Below, piece after piece: positions 12,433 through 26,200 of a stretch of 64,000 nt of DNA. A model generated the notes under the pieces. That model was not told the DNA's origin, ran no database searches, and saw nothing but the letters and a program-made list of their open reading frames with translations. Each line of letters begins with the position of its first letter. Position 1 is the stretch's first letter. Position numbers and translations under genes: made by a program. The DNA comes from Ascidiella aspersa (lineage: Eukaryota): assembly GCA_963924565.1 (NCBI GenBank), contig OZ004607.1, positions 4,154,001 to 4,218,000 of the forward strand, read 5' to 3'.

Positions 12433-13571
12433 AAGAAGACGTTATCATATACACAAAGCCGTCAATGCTGTGCGAACTGACTACTTGTGTCATCGTAGTA
12501 AATTTAGCAAAAGTTACATTTTACACATTGACATATTACCAGGGCTGCAAACTCATATAATACAAACGCAACTCACCAAAAAATATCTTCCGAGTAACAA
12601 ATACTTCCTTTTACACAAAAACAGAATTACAACTTGAACCACGACGGTCAGGCAAAAAAGAAAAACCGCACATTTTAGAAAGTTAGTTCACAACGATTAC
12701 AGCACCAAAGTCTCATAGAAATCGGTAATTACTGGCAAATATTGAAGTCTTGGGCAAATACGACCGAAGTGCTGGCAATTCGATGTAGATTTCACAGTTG
12801 CCTTAAGGTAGGCCTACTGATCAAAGAGTTAGTTTCATGACCCTAAGTTTGTAAGAAAATGCTCACCCACGTCTAATAAAAAAACACCAAAATTATAATT
12901 GGGGAGCCATTCAGACTATAAAACAATAGACTTGAAGATAAATAAAAATCTGTTTTTTTATTGCGTTTTTTAATATATTTCATTTAAATGATCAACAAAA
13001 CTAGTATCTATTCGTGTCGCTGCGGGCCACATATTTAGGGACACGGGTTACAAACCAATCTCCTAAAGGTATATGGAATTTTTAGTGACGTCATAATTAT
13101 TTTAAATTCATGATCTTAGAATTCCTGTGCTACCAATGATAACATGTTCGGCCCTGGTCTAGAATCCTACCACAATTATCCATTCTAGATCAGCGCCCAT
13201 ATTTCTATATAATAATTAATAACGTTGCTAACACGGTCTCTAAAAGTCTTTTATATTGGTGGGTGAGAATTGCGAAAAAGCGCCATTTTTGGCACGTTGT
13301 ATAGACACATTTTAATTTATTGCTTTTTGGACTAACAATCAATTAGTTACAAATGCGCTCTATTTTGTGGCCAGTTTGCAGTGTCGCTTATAGTTGGGAG
13401 CATAGAATACTAATTACATAGAAGGCTAACTGCCTCATTTGCATACTGTTCCGCATGAATGACACTTACTTCGGTCGTGAATGTAAACAAGCTTTGGCAT
13501 CAAAAATTGTTGTATTGTGTATTGGATTTTCATCACTGACGTTCAGAACTAATTTTATCTACTAATTAAGA

Positions 13572-14258
13572 TCAAATTAGGCTTTTACCATCGTAAAGGC
13601 CTCTCCATACAACCACGGTATAGTCGCGGTCACCTACACCTGTGCGGTAACGAATCTGGGAACACACAATAAGCCCTAAAAAGCAACAATACCTAAAGCA
13701 GAAAAATCTATAAAACCATATAGTATTAAGACCAACGACATAATAAAGCCAAATACGCAGTAATATCCAGTACAGCATAATATCAAAATCGTCTGAATAA
13801 GACCTAAATCTGTCGGATTAAGGCTTTAATTCATCAAAAGAAGTCCTGAATTCATCGGAATAAGGCAAAATTAATCGAAAGAAGGCCTAATGGCCAAAAC
13901 AACGCCCGAACCTGTGGGTAGAGGGCGTTTCGGTGACTACGTTTGGGCGACCTAGTCTGACCGGCTCAGTCAGGGAGCCGGTGTTCTTAATGGGTGGAGT
14001 TAGAAAATGGGTTAGTGTTGAAATTATTAGGGGAGTTAGTGATGTACTTAGGGGTGGGGTTTGTTAAAGTGTTGTTTATGCCTGATTATGAGCATTTAGG
14101 TCTTATTCCGACGGATGTCAAACTTATTCCGATTTAGACGGTACTAATACCATTAGGTATCAGTCCTATTTTGGCCTTATTCCGAATTGTGTTTTATTCT
14201 GTGGTTGGTGTTGTTCTTATCTCAGTCTTATGGCTGGAGTCCTAAGAATCTAATTTTG
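13572..14258. mobile_element. Palindromic (foldback) MITE with GAATAAGGC/GCCTTATTC repeats
   Basis: Imperfect terminal IR aaattaggctttta / taagaatctaattt. Internal perfect 15-bp IR gaataagacctaaat (13796) / atttaggtcttattc (14094). Central hairpin accggctc-N7-gagccggt near 13960-13982. Confidence 0.6.
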
Positions 14259-14300
14259 GTTTTGCGCAGTTATTTTGCTACAATTTAAAAATAAACTAAA

Positions 14301-14322
14301 TATATATATATATATATATATA
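14301..14322. repeat. (TA)11 microsatellite
   Basis: Directly visible. Confidence 0.95.
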
Positions 14323-14382
14323 ACAATAATTTTTAAACAAAATTTTAATATACCAACTTTTTATATGGAATAATATTTACAG

Positions 14383-14923
14383 ATGGTTTGATATTGTAAA
14401 TTGTGGAGTAAAGTGTCCAATAAAAGATGGGGCAGATGAAAATTTGGAATGGTTAGAAAATATTTTTATTCAAGAACTAGCTTCTTGGAAGGTTGTTTAT
14501 ATTAATTTGCTTAAATCTATAGCAGGCACTAACAGCTATTTTTAATTAAAGGAAAATATAGAAAAACACTACAAGGGTGAAAACAAAAGACTTATGGCTA
14601 AGCCCACATTGGAAGGATTAGTGTTCACCACTATTCAGAATTAAATAAACTTTATTCTGCCTAATAATCGTCTTTTAAAACAGCTGGATTATGTGTGCTT
14701 ACACATAGAAGTATCCACCACAAAGCAAATATCAAATTGTGTTTTATTTAGAGGCAACTTTACTTGGCTACCGGGCATGAAATCCGGATATTCACCAGGT
14801 GTCATATGGTGTAAAGCATGTAATAGAAAGAAAAATAAAAAAAGCAAACGCGGTAATACAACATATGAGATCAGAAATGTCTGGATAATACTCTGTGAAG
14901 ATCCCCTCCCTCCAAAAAAATAG
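14383..14923 (+). pseudogene. Decayed P-element/THAP9-like transposase, C-terminal part, with intron remnants
   Basis: Exon-like pieces translate as WFDIVNC...DENLEWLENIFIQELASWK (14383-14491), ENIEKHYKGENKRLMAKPTLEGLVFTT (from 14552), LLKQLDYVCL, LLGYRA*NPDIHQVSYG and KRGNTTYEIRNVWIILCEDPLPPKK. This motif order resembles P-superfamily transposases as I recall them. Stops and frameshifts are present, and I could not find the QDxLE catalytic segment. Confidence 0.65.
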
Positions 14924-15199
14924 GCAAATTGAATAATAATATGGTGTTCTGTTATTACTTGATGTAACAAATAAAAAATGAATTGCTGTTAATGGACTGA
15001 AATTAAATAATTTAACTTTTATAATGATCCCTAATGGCCAACTAACAAATGCTAATAATGCATCAACGATAAAACAACAATCAAGACATATGTCATAAAT
15101 AAATAAAATCCAGGGGTTCAACTTCAAGTTGAGATAACATTTATGTGCAAATAAACTGTTATAATAAAGATTTGAATATATTGTTTTTTTCATTTATAT

Positions 15200-15960
15200 T
15201 ATTTCACATGCCTCTTTCTTATTTTGTCGGCATATCTCTTGTAAACCTGTATATTTCTTATTAACCTTTTAAAAACATTTTCACAAAGATTTTTACTAAA
15301 ACTGTATCCCAAAACCCTTGTAACCAGCATAACCATAAAAAACAGTCACCGTTTTGCTCTGTTCATAATCACATTTAGCCATTTCACTCAGAGTTTCATT
15401 GAACTTGCTAAAACCACTGCTAGAAAGTATGTCAATTATTACTTCATTAAAATTAATTTTATCAGCTTTTTTGTTGCATTTTATGCTAAAAGTAAAATAC
15501 ATATAATCAAAAAATATGAGCAGCACTCAGCAGGCATCTATAGATGGCAATTTTCTTTTTCCAACCTGAAAAGAAAGGCAGAATTCGATGTTCTTTCATT
15601 TTCAGGTGCACATAAAACTTGAATAATTGGATGCAAGTCTTTGTACTTTTTGGAGACCTTGTGAATACAGTATCCAGCAACATATATATACTAACATTTC
15701 ACTTTCAGCTTTATTTATAGAATAGGATTGTAAAGCTGTATCTTCTTCTTTGTTTTAGACAATTTCATTGAATAAATGTAAAAGTTGCTTAGCAGCTTCC
15801 AATTATGGTAAATTAAAAAATAACTTCTCAGCATTACAGCAAAATTTCGGATATTGTGATTTGTGATATTATACAACCCGGTTGATAGTTGGCTTGATTA
15901 GTGGTTGAAATTCCACTTCTTGGGGAACGTTAAGCAGTTCGGCTATTACCTCACTTGTCA
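15200..15960 (-). pseudogene. Decayed ORF convergent on the P-like transposase relic (resembles P-transposase C-terminal domain or an accessory gene)
   Basis: Minus-strand frames give NAEKLFF, ESEMLVY-(TA slippage)-VAGYCIHKVSKKY, and LFFMVMLVTRVLGYSFSKNLCENVFK, with several stops and frameshifts. Confidence 0.5.
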
Positions 15961-17299
15961 GTCCAATACTTGACATGTTAAATTATAGTAAACTGACAAA
16001 ATAAACCTGGATATAATTAGAAAAGTTCGTGCATTGACTGAAACGCTGAATAAAATACGCGAAAACGCAAAAATAATACGCAGGTCAACAGACGACATGA
16101 ATACTCTACCTATAATTGCCGCCGAAACCCGTGTTTTTAACAAATCGTGTTAGTGTTACTAATAATTAAAGTTAGAATTCGCAGTCGACAAAATGACAAC
16201 AAAAATACGCTACAGTTACTCATGCGTGACGAGACCCAGTGAGCCTTCAATGTAATTAGTATTCTATGGTTGGAGCAGTGGTCCCCAAGAAAAACATTTT
16301 AGGTTTTTAAGAAGGTGTCAACATTTACTTTGGTATCATTTGGAAAGATAAATTAATAGTTTTAACATATAAACCTTAAAACAGTGATACTAATAGTAAA
16401 AGCATCATTGTGGAATCGGTTGCTAAAATAAAATGCTTTTCGTTTCAAAATCTTTACTATTGGCTTATTTTTCGTAAACTTTAACACATTGATTAAAGCG
16501 GAATGATTAATTTTGTTTGTTCAAGTTATCTGTTGGGAAATGTCGTGTGGTGGTACCGCAGTACATGCCTGCGTACAAGTTCGCCAAGTGTAAAGTTTAG
16601 ATGCATGCTGTTTAGCCTAATTTAAAATAGGAATTGAAGATGGCTCATATCACTCTTGACGCTTTACTTAATTTACATTATATTTTACCAATTCACTTTT
16701 AAAGCGCTTTCAAGGTGACAGTCATAGACCCGTGCTTTGAAACTGTCAAACTGTTAGCATCAACAACAAGGTTATTTGGGGCATGCCTACATAATTATCA
16801 TCTATATGAAAATGCATTTTGTGTTTTTTAATGTTGTTTATTGAACTCCATAATAAAACAGAACCTGTCTTGATTCTTGCAAAAAAATTTTTTACACAGT
16901 CTTCTTATTTTCATCCTAATTGTTTTGACCAATGATTTAAAAACCTGTGGCCATTCCTTCTTGGTGCATCAACATAGCTGTATGGTTCGTTTCTTGTTTG
17001 CCAAACTATGTTTTTTTGGTGTTGAACTTGCACAATATGTGTGATTTGTGTGATAATTGGCCTTCAGTCTTGGCATTGAACATAATTTGTCGCAGATCAA
17101 GTAAATATGGATTACAATAACTAATGTTTCTTAGGGAACTTGTCTGTCAGGCCAGTGAGTTTCAAACAGAACTTATCTGAAGCAAATTTTCCAGCATTCG
17201 TGGTGAGTGCAAAATCTCAGAAAAAACCCTGATCTGACTTGTGTTTATCATAGCTGTGCAACACCTAGGACTTTTAATTGTGTCAAAACAAAACAAAAA

Positions 17300-20200
17300 A
17301 TGATTGAGGAAGCGATTGAAGCATTTAGGACAGGTTTTCCATTGGGTTTGCTTGTAACGTTTCCAGTCATTCTTCTTGTGGTTTCACCCATAACTGTGGT
17401 AGACGCCGCTCATGAATTCACTGTGTACAGAATGCAACAATATGACATGCAAGGAACTCCATATGGTAAATATTGTTGCTGTTGTTATAAGAGATGTTTA
17501 ACAATGTTGAATCTGAGCCAATACCTGATCCCAACTTTTCATATCGAAGTGCATTTAACCCATGATTTGCTATTTAAGTCTAAACTTTCTATTAAAATGA
17601 TTGATAAAATAAAAATCAAAGTTCTGCTTAACAACATAAAACTTATATGTTTTAATTTCATCATTTTTGTTTTCTTGTAAAACTTTTAAAATCAGGTTGA
17701 CTGGCAAGTTATTTAACTGCGTAAATACATATCACATATCCCGAATTGTTATGTAAATACGGCAAGATTAAAAATAACTACAAAATGTTTTGTTAGGTTG
17801 TCGCAGCGCCATTATAAATGCAGAGGCACGCACGCCACAGTCCTCATCCATTGCTCGCAAATGCATTCTCCTGCGTTCCGAAGAACTTACCCACGCACGA
17901 TACCTGGAGGTACTCGATCGTGGTCCTTCCTCGGTTGTCATTCTTCTCCAGGGCAACATGTCGGAGGGTCAAGTGCAGGTAAAACTGTCAACATCTATCT
18001 ATGTTTACGTCTAGGCTGCGTAGTCGGACTTGGAACATAACAGAGTCGGTTTGCTTTACTGGAGTCGGACATGGGACTCAAGTGAAACCACATAAGACTA
18101 TGAGTCTGATGTGCGCTTGTGCAGTACGAAATTTTGAAACTCATAGTGCCGCAATCTGTAAAATGCCAAGGTGAAATAGAATATATGGTTGAATATTTTT
18201 AACCATGTATTGTAGGTGGATAAATTATATGACACCCCTATGAGTAGATTGCTGTATATCCACCTTAACTGAGTTACGTGAATGGGTAAAATACAGTTTG
18301 TACAGTTGGGACTGGAGTCAGACTCTGGGTATTTCTAACCAACTCCGCAAACCTGGTTTACATATAATATCGTTTTGTTTTTCAAATAAACCCATTATTG
18401 TGCATAGAATTTGAATTTTTTTATGATTGGGTCACATAATATATTCTATGGCCATTGCAGTTATTGTAGTTATATGTAAAAAATCCTATCTATTTTTAAT
18501 ATGTTGTGCAACAATAAGCACTGCTAAACAGTTTCTTGTTTGTGGTCTAAATTTTAGCTCTCTAATCCAGCGTTTCTCAACCGGTGCGCCGCGGCGCACG
18601 CGCACTGGTGCGCCATGGAAGGCTGCTAGGTGCGCCGCGAGAAAAAAAAAACATGTCGAAATCAGTCCAAAACTAATCGGAATAAGACTTTAATGGACAA
18701 AATAACGTTTTTAGTCTCAAAGGCTGGAAGTCTCTTTAAAGATATGCAACTATAAAACCCATATAAAAAAAAATGCAGGCCATTCAAGACAAATATAAGT
18801 ATATACACTTCAAAAATTTCGCGCTCGCTTCGCTTGTAAGGTGCGCTGCCACGTTTTCATACGGTTCGCCCCTAAGTAAAAAAGGTTAAGAAACACTGAC
18901 TCTAATCTAATAAATTTAAATTTTGGTTCCATCACTGTCTTGTCATGAGAATTGTTTTTTATTCATGGCTAGAAAAGAGTAGCCCCAAGGTTATGTTTTA
19001 GAGAAAAAAAATCTTTGTTGCATACAGTCAAGTAGAACTAAAATTATAGAAGAGTGATTAAATATGCAGTAGGCTGCTAAAATACCACATGCATTTATTC
19101 TACATATCAAAAGATGTGTTTTAAAAATTGTATAAATGAAACAACCAGGATTGAGTTAAATTTTTGTAAACAGAGCAGTAAAAACTAAAAACGCATTGCT
19201 CTAGAAGCAAATTTCACTCAACAATTAAATGTTGTTTTATACACAATTTGTACTGCTACACCCCACATAATTACCAATGCCATTAGGAAAATGATTAAAA
19301 AACTAAGAAGAAAGAAAAGAGGTACTGGGACAAAAAGACTGATACATCTAAAAAGAGACTACCGCAAAATTTTCTGTTAATCCATATTCAATTTTCCACT
19401 CTTATCACAAATAATGTGGGCTGCCAGGGAATGGATCATGTTTCAGGATGTCAAACATTAATCTTTGACATGTATAACTTAATGTTGCTTGAAGTTAGCC
19501 ATATTTTACTTTTAAATGCATATATAAAAATGTAATATTCTAATATATTGTAGGTAGGGCCACTTTTTAACCTTTGGAAAAAAAATAGCACAGTACTCCT
19601 AGTATATATTTGGTTCAAGTCTTGGTATATTATATTTTGTAGAAGTTTGTTGCCCTTGAAGGAGAGCTACTTCGAATAGAATCAAACATCCCGGTTTACT
19701 TTACATTTGAAAATGAAGAAATCAAAGACATTTACGACCGGGTATGTTGTTAAACCTGGCTATTCACATTTGCAACACCAATTTACCCTAACTTTTCTTC
19801 TCTTCTAATTTTTTTGTTTTGATAAAGGTTTATTTTAATCATGATATGTTACCTTCTTAATTAAATTGAAGATCAAATACAGGAATGGCATATGTATTGT
19901 CCCCTGTTTAAACCACCAGTGTTGTGAACAAGTCATTTTGAAATGACTCAAGTTTCATTTGGGTCATTTGTAAAATAATAAAGATCAAAAGTCTTTTCGA
20001 ATAAATAACAATTCAAGTCATAATTAGAGCAAGTCAATCTAAACTTTAAATTGTTAAAATGGGTAAATTTTTTTTATATGGGAATATTTCAACTCAAAAA
20101 CAGTCTGCACCAATCTAGTCATGTTAAGTGCAAAAATTAAGATAAATTACTCAAAACTGAAAACACTTAATTTCAACCCAAGCCACTTGACGCAATGACG

Positions 20201-23200
20201 TAAGTCCAAGTCAAGTTAGTTTGCCCAAAACACCAAGTCTGGTCATTTCAAAACAAAGTCATTAACTTAAATTATTACAACTCTGGTTTAAACTGTCTTT
20301 TACTATTTATGACATTTTGGCAACATTTTATATATTTATCAACATTTTATATATTTTTTCTTTATATATTGTTATTGTTTTACAGGTTACTTACTCCACA
20401 AGTAAGGACACCGGTACAGCTCTGCAAACATTAGTTGCCTCGGCCACATCAGTCGGTTATCAACTAGTTACCACTGGAGGGCAGAGTAAACCACAGCCGG
20501 ATCATAGCCTCGTTAACATTGAGGTAATTGCATGCAGCAAGGCTAACTTAAATTATGTGCATTTTGTTCTAGGTAGCTTTATGATTTGCAAAACAGGTTT
20601 ACTTTTATTCACTATAGTATCCATTTATAAACCATTAAACATCCTCAAAAAAACAGTCCATTGGTGTAAAGTCGTTTTTCGCAAATTTTAATAAAAATTT
20701 ACAAATAAAAAAGTTCCATAAAAAACATTCTGCAAGCTGTATTTTCTCAGTCCCTAATTAATAGTGATTACACCATTCTAACATCAACCATTTTGATGAT
20801 AACTTCTAATCTGCTAAGTCACATAATTACTTTATATGGAAGGTTTGTATAACTGTTGTGATTAAAAACAATGTTTTTGAATGACCAAAATAAACAACAC
20901 CTATAGTTAGATAAATTGATAAAAATCTTTTGATCATTGCTATATTTTATAGCCTTTTCGTGATGTTATACCTATTGGATTATGTGCTGAAAGACGTTTT
21001 TCACATAAGAAGTTTTCAAACTTATAAATTATTTTTTATTCTAAAAGCTTCACATGCATGGTGATATTGACCAGTTTAAAATACATTTTAAATAATTTAT
21101 TTCTCTCTTATTTCAGGGCTCCCTTCCGGGGTTGGGACAGGAAGAATTGCTGCCAACAATAGCAATTGTTGCCCATTATGATTCGTTTGGAATTGCCCCC
21201 GTAAGTAATATTTTTAATTTTTTTTATATTGCAAATACCATTACATCTTATATTGTATGTATCACAATAGTTTTTTTATTGTAAATCACATTCTTTTTTA
21301 TTTATTTTGCAAATGACAACATTTATTATATTGCAGATCACATTATAAAAAAATAATGCATTATAGGTAATAAATTGCATTTAACATTAGCTGAATATTA
21401 AGTAATTTACTAGTGCAGGGTTTTGTTAACAATTACCATATATAAAAGTAAGTGCTAAACTACGCAATGCGCTCTTTTTAGTTCTATAAGGTTTAGCTTT
21501 TAGCCATCGCCGAATTCTTTTAAATTTTACTTATATTGCAGTTGCTTTCTCATGGTGCAAATTCTGATGCAACTGGTGCTGTAGCCCTTTTGGAGCTGGC
21601 ACGGATTTTCGGCAAAATATACAGCAACTCAAGAACTCACCCAAAGTAACTTCGCTTTAACATCTATTTTGAATGTGACTAAATAAAACCAGAAGAGCTT
21701 TTGGATATTATTTTAGAATGTGTGAAGTAGTGGTGGCCAACCTATGTTACATTGCACAATACTAGAGGCTCGCACTCCACCCATAAAACGAAAAATAAGA
21801 ATATGCCCGCTTGTAAACCATATTAAATAGTCAGTTTTGAAAAACAGGAATTTAGTTTCTTAACAACTGGAAGTGAAGTTAATTGAGATTAGATCTAATC
21901 TTACACATACAATATATACATTTTTTTGCTTAATGTGCATCCTTTAGTAATCTTCTTTGAAAAAATTACCTTATAACGAAATGTTGGTTTATAACTTTGT
22001 TTGCACCAGAAGAGCTATTTCTATCTCTTTCAGTTGCAAAAAAAAGATAAGTTACGGTCAACTATAGCAGCCGAATAAATCAAAGTGAAAGTGCAAAGTT
22101 TTTGTCGAATACTGAAAATGGTAAACAGGTTTCTATACTAACCAAAGTTTCGCAAAATTAAAGTTGACATTTCAGTTATATGTTCATAAATTGACATTTC
22201 TTTACCAAATTTATTTAGCAGCTTATGAATATGAATAAACTCACTTGCAGACACAACATACTCTTCCTACTTTCTGCCGGCGGCAAATTCAACTACCTCG
22301 GATCAAAAAAATGGATTGAAGATGCGTCGGAGAATGCGGGTTCCACTGAGGACTTGTCCCTCAACAATGCAAAGTTGGTCTTGTGTCTCGATACTTTAGG
22401 TGGCGCTAATACACAGGCACTAAAAATGCATGTGTCCAAGCCACCGAGTAAAGGGACAGTTGCCAGTGTTATCCACTCTAACATTGAAAAGGTTGGTAAA
22501 CTTCATTGTTAAAAACATACATTGACAGTGTTTGTTATTTCTTTATTGACTGTCAATGACATGTGTTTTAAAATGTTTTTATTTTTTTGACATGGTTTTT
22601 AATTGTTTTTTAAGTATGCAATATACAACAAATCTAATTGAATTGTTTTTTAGTTGCAAAAATGAAAAATCAGATAAAAACGTGTATAGTTTAGCTTTTA
22701 TTTTTTATAAAATAAGATTAGATGAAAATGTGTTTACTGTTTAGTTTAACTTCTAAATAATATATAGTTCCACAACGGGTGTTTAATTTTGCAATATTTT
22801 AGGTTGCTGCTTCTCATTACTCTGGTATGGACACATCGATCGTTCACAAGAAAATTCGGCTGTCGTCCGACTTTCTGGCATGGGAACATGAACGTTATTC
22901 AATCCGACGATTGCACGCAGTCACCTTGTCTACCCTGGAGTCGCATGATGTAAGTTACTTAAGAATAGTTAAGTGTTGTTGTCGGCAAAAAATATTTTAA
23001 CTGAAAAAGGTTTTAAAGGCTGCAACTAAAATCTTCTATTGTTTCTGTCTTTGTGCTGAATATTAAAATTTGTTATTCAAAGAATTACTTATACAGAAAA
23101 TTTACTCGAACCACATAACAAAGTGGTTCCAATACTGGTTCTGAAATGAAAAGTTTTTAGTCCCAAACATAACTCAAAATAGGTAAATTCAGTAGATCAA

Positions 23201-26200
23201 ATTAATTAAACGAATTCTCAATAAAGTTTACTGTATATAACTTGTAACGCTTATAATGTTGGTTTTTCATTTTACTTTTAAATGGCTTTTAGGTTGTATT
23301 CCTTTAATTTTTTGGTAAAGGGGTCTGCCAAATTAAATTCTTTGAAAAAGAGAGAAAACCACTCCTCCAAAAATACTTCCTGTTTAGACCTATTAGTTTA
23401 TTTTAGGTTGGCAATATATCACAATTAAATTTATGTATTTGGGGTGCTCTACCAAATTTCTTATAAACTTTATAATTTAACTTTTTTTGAGGGTATTAAC
23501 TTTCTTTCGCATATTTATTGAGGTTTGAACATGTTTTTCGTTGTATCAATTGTAGTTTTAATAAACATTTTAATATTTAGTGGTTTGTAAGAATTTTGGT
23601 CAATGGAAAAGTTAAAGGGGTAGAATATAGAGAAAATAAGGTTAAGTAGCAGTGCTCAACAACAATCTTCTTTATGCAGGATGCAATGAGAAGATCAATC
23701 ATGGACACAAAGAAAACAGTCAACGTTGATACGCTGACGAGAAATATCCGAATCATCGCCGAATCCATCCTCGGATACCTATACAATGTCACTGATGTAT
23801 GTTGCAGTGTTGTAAACAAGTCATTTTGAAATAACTTCAGTCCCAGTCAAGTCATTCGTAAAATAACTTAAGTCCAAGTCAAGTCTTATTGAATAAATAA
23901 CAAGTCAAGTCCCAGTCCAAGTCACCGGTTGCCCAAGTCAAGTCATAATTAGAGCAAGTCAACTTCAAGTCCAGCTAATAAGACTTTAAATTATGAAAAC
24001 CGGCAAACTCCTCCGATTATTATGAGCAAAGTAAAAAATAACACAATAGCAACATATTACAAGCAAATTCTTTTATGTGCAAAGATTGGGATAAATAACG
24101 CAATTTTATAATTAATTGCGTAATTAAAACAATTTATTTTAACCCAAGTCATTTGCCCAAATGACTTAAGTCAAGTCAAGTCTTTTTGCCCAAAAGACTT
24201 AAGTCAAGTCAAGTATTTTTGCCCAAAAGACTTAAGTCAAGTCAAGTATTTTTGCCCAAAAGACTTAAGTCAAGTCAAGTCATTTTGCCCAAAAGACTTA
24301 AGTCTAGTCAAGTCGTTTAAAAACAGTTACTTAAGTGCACTTAAGGTAAGTCATTGACTTAAGCCATTACAACACTGGTATGTTGTTTATAGATTTTAAG
24401 ACACTGTAATTTTTCTAAAAGTTATTAGGGGTAACAATGGTAACATGTTAGTTGGCTTTGAATTTTCATTTTGACACCAACTTATTATCAATATAGTAAT
24501 GCTATGTCAGAAAATCTTTACAGTAGGCTTATTTCCGTATGTATTACAACGCTTAACTTTGTCTAAGCTTGGTGTGTAAAATAACGATTTTAACAGGAGA
24601 GCACCATGAGTCTATCAAGCGGAGATTACGCAATTCACAAAGACCACATACAAGCCTGGCTGAATTTCCTGGCAGAGCAACCCAGGCCTGCACAGGTGAG
24701 TTCACTTCCTCCCACATAATATCACAGCACAGCTGTGCTATGTTAGCCATCAACACCTTAACCTTTCTGTGTCGCTTTCCCAGCCTTAACTTTCTTGGAA
24801 CAGAATACTTTGGTGGCTTCTGTGCGTTGAATCTTGTGGTTGATTTAATGCAAATGTTTTTTTTGTATGTAAAAATCAATAAAACTAATGTTGTTGTGAA
24901 GTCTTTAATATTTAAAAAAAAATTGTTTTTCCAAAAATTTTACCCAAAAATTTATAAAAGTTTAACCCAGAACCTAGGTACTGGAGTTTGTCACAACTGT
25001 ACTACCCCAAGTCTAACTGTTATGTGTATTATCCCTTAAACTTGTTTCTGCATATCTTTATAGTTTTAGCGTTATTGTTTTGAATATTTTTACAAATTAC
25101 CTTAAAATGTTTGGCTAAATTTGGCTGGTGTTATTAAAAAATAGATTTCAAAACAAAAACATTAAACCAATGAAAACTAAATGTTATTATATTTTATTTT
25201 AAAACAGTCAAAAAGTAGAATGATTCACCTGGTAAAAATACTGGTTGCCAGGAAACAACTAAAAAAATAAAATGAACGTCTTACTTTCCAAAAATGATCA
25301 TAGATCATTTAAATCAATAAAGTCTTGCCGGCAAAAATCACTTTGATGTGGTTAAATGTATTTTGACATTTTATTATTTTTCCTGGGCAGATTATGTCTG
25401 AAGATCATCCAGTTGTTTCAGCCTTGGATGTAGCATTACAAAGACATGTGAAACTGGCCAAGAAAATCAAATTGAAAGCTGACAAAAGGTGGGATTTTCA
25501 TTAGAAGATATCACTAATCAGATTCTGACCAACATAAAGCTGCTGCATTTGTGTTAAATGTTTAAACGGAGAACATAGAATTACATCTATACTTGTTTTT
25601 TTTAATAAAAATAAACTTTTGCTGTTTTTAACCCTTTAAATTTTGGGGCTCCCAAACTGTTTTTTATTATGTTGGTATTCATTTTTTAGAGATCCTGACT
25701 TTCTATTTTATGATGTCATGTCTGCGACTATGAGTGCTTCAATTGTCAGATCTGCGGTGTTTGATCTCTATGTGACTGGATTTGTCGCATCTTACCTTGG
25801 TCTCATCTACCTGTTTGTATTGGTAAGTTTAAAGTAAAAATGAAAAGGTTGCTTACTCATATTGCGAAAAAAGTATGTTATATGATGCAGATGTAAAATT
25901 ATAAATCAGCCATTTAAGTGAAGCGCAAGGCTACAGCTAAACTTGATCTTTCAACAAAACCATCATGTTTGGTTTTTAATTAAATTTTATTTAGTCCCAA
26001 TCGTTACTTTGAAGCTTTGGGCTTGGATTGACTGAAAATGTTTCTCCTTTTAGTTTTTCATTTCTTAAATACAACGCAACTGTAAAATGTGTATTTGTGC
26101 ACAAGTTTTGATGCACTAATAAACATAATTTTCAGTATTAACTGTTGGGTTATCTCGCACTATGACTGTTTTGAACAGATCACACTTTTTTAAGGTGTAC

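Noticed and set aside
17150-17210. Possible 5' UTR micro-exon or donors (two GTGAGT sites) upstream of nicalin
   Set aside because: Splice-like words alone cannot be validated without transcripts.
17207-17299. N-terminal extension of nicalin from the ORF track start at 17207
   Set aside because: Non-ATG start; similarity to nicalin begins at the ATG at 17300.
24151-24315. CRISPR-like array of 33-bp repeats
   Set aside because: Units are head-to-tail with no unique spacers, sit inside a MITE in a eukaryotic intron, and no cas genes are present.
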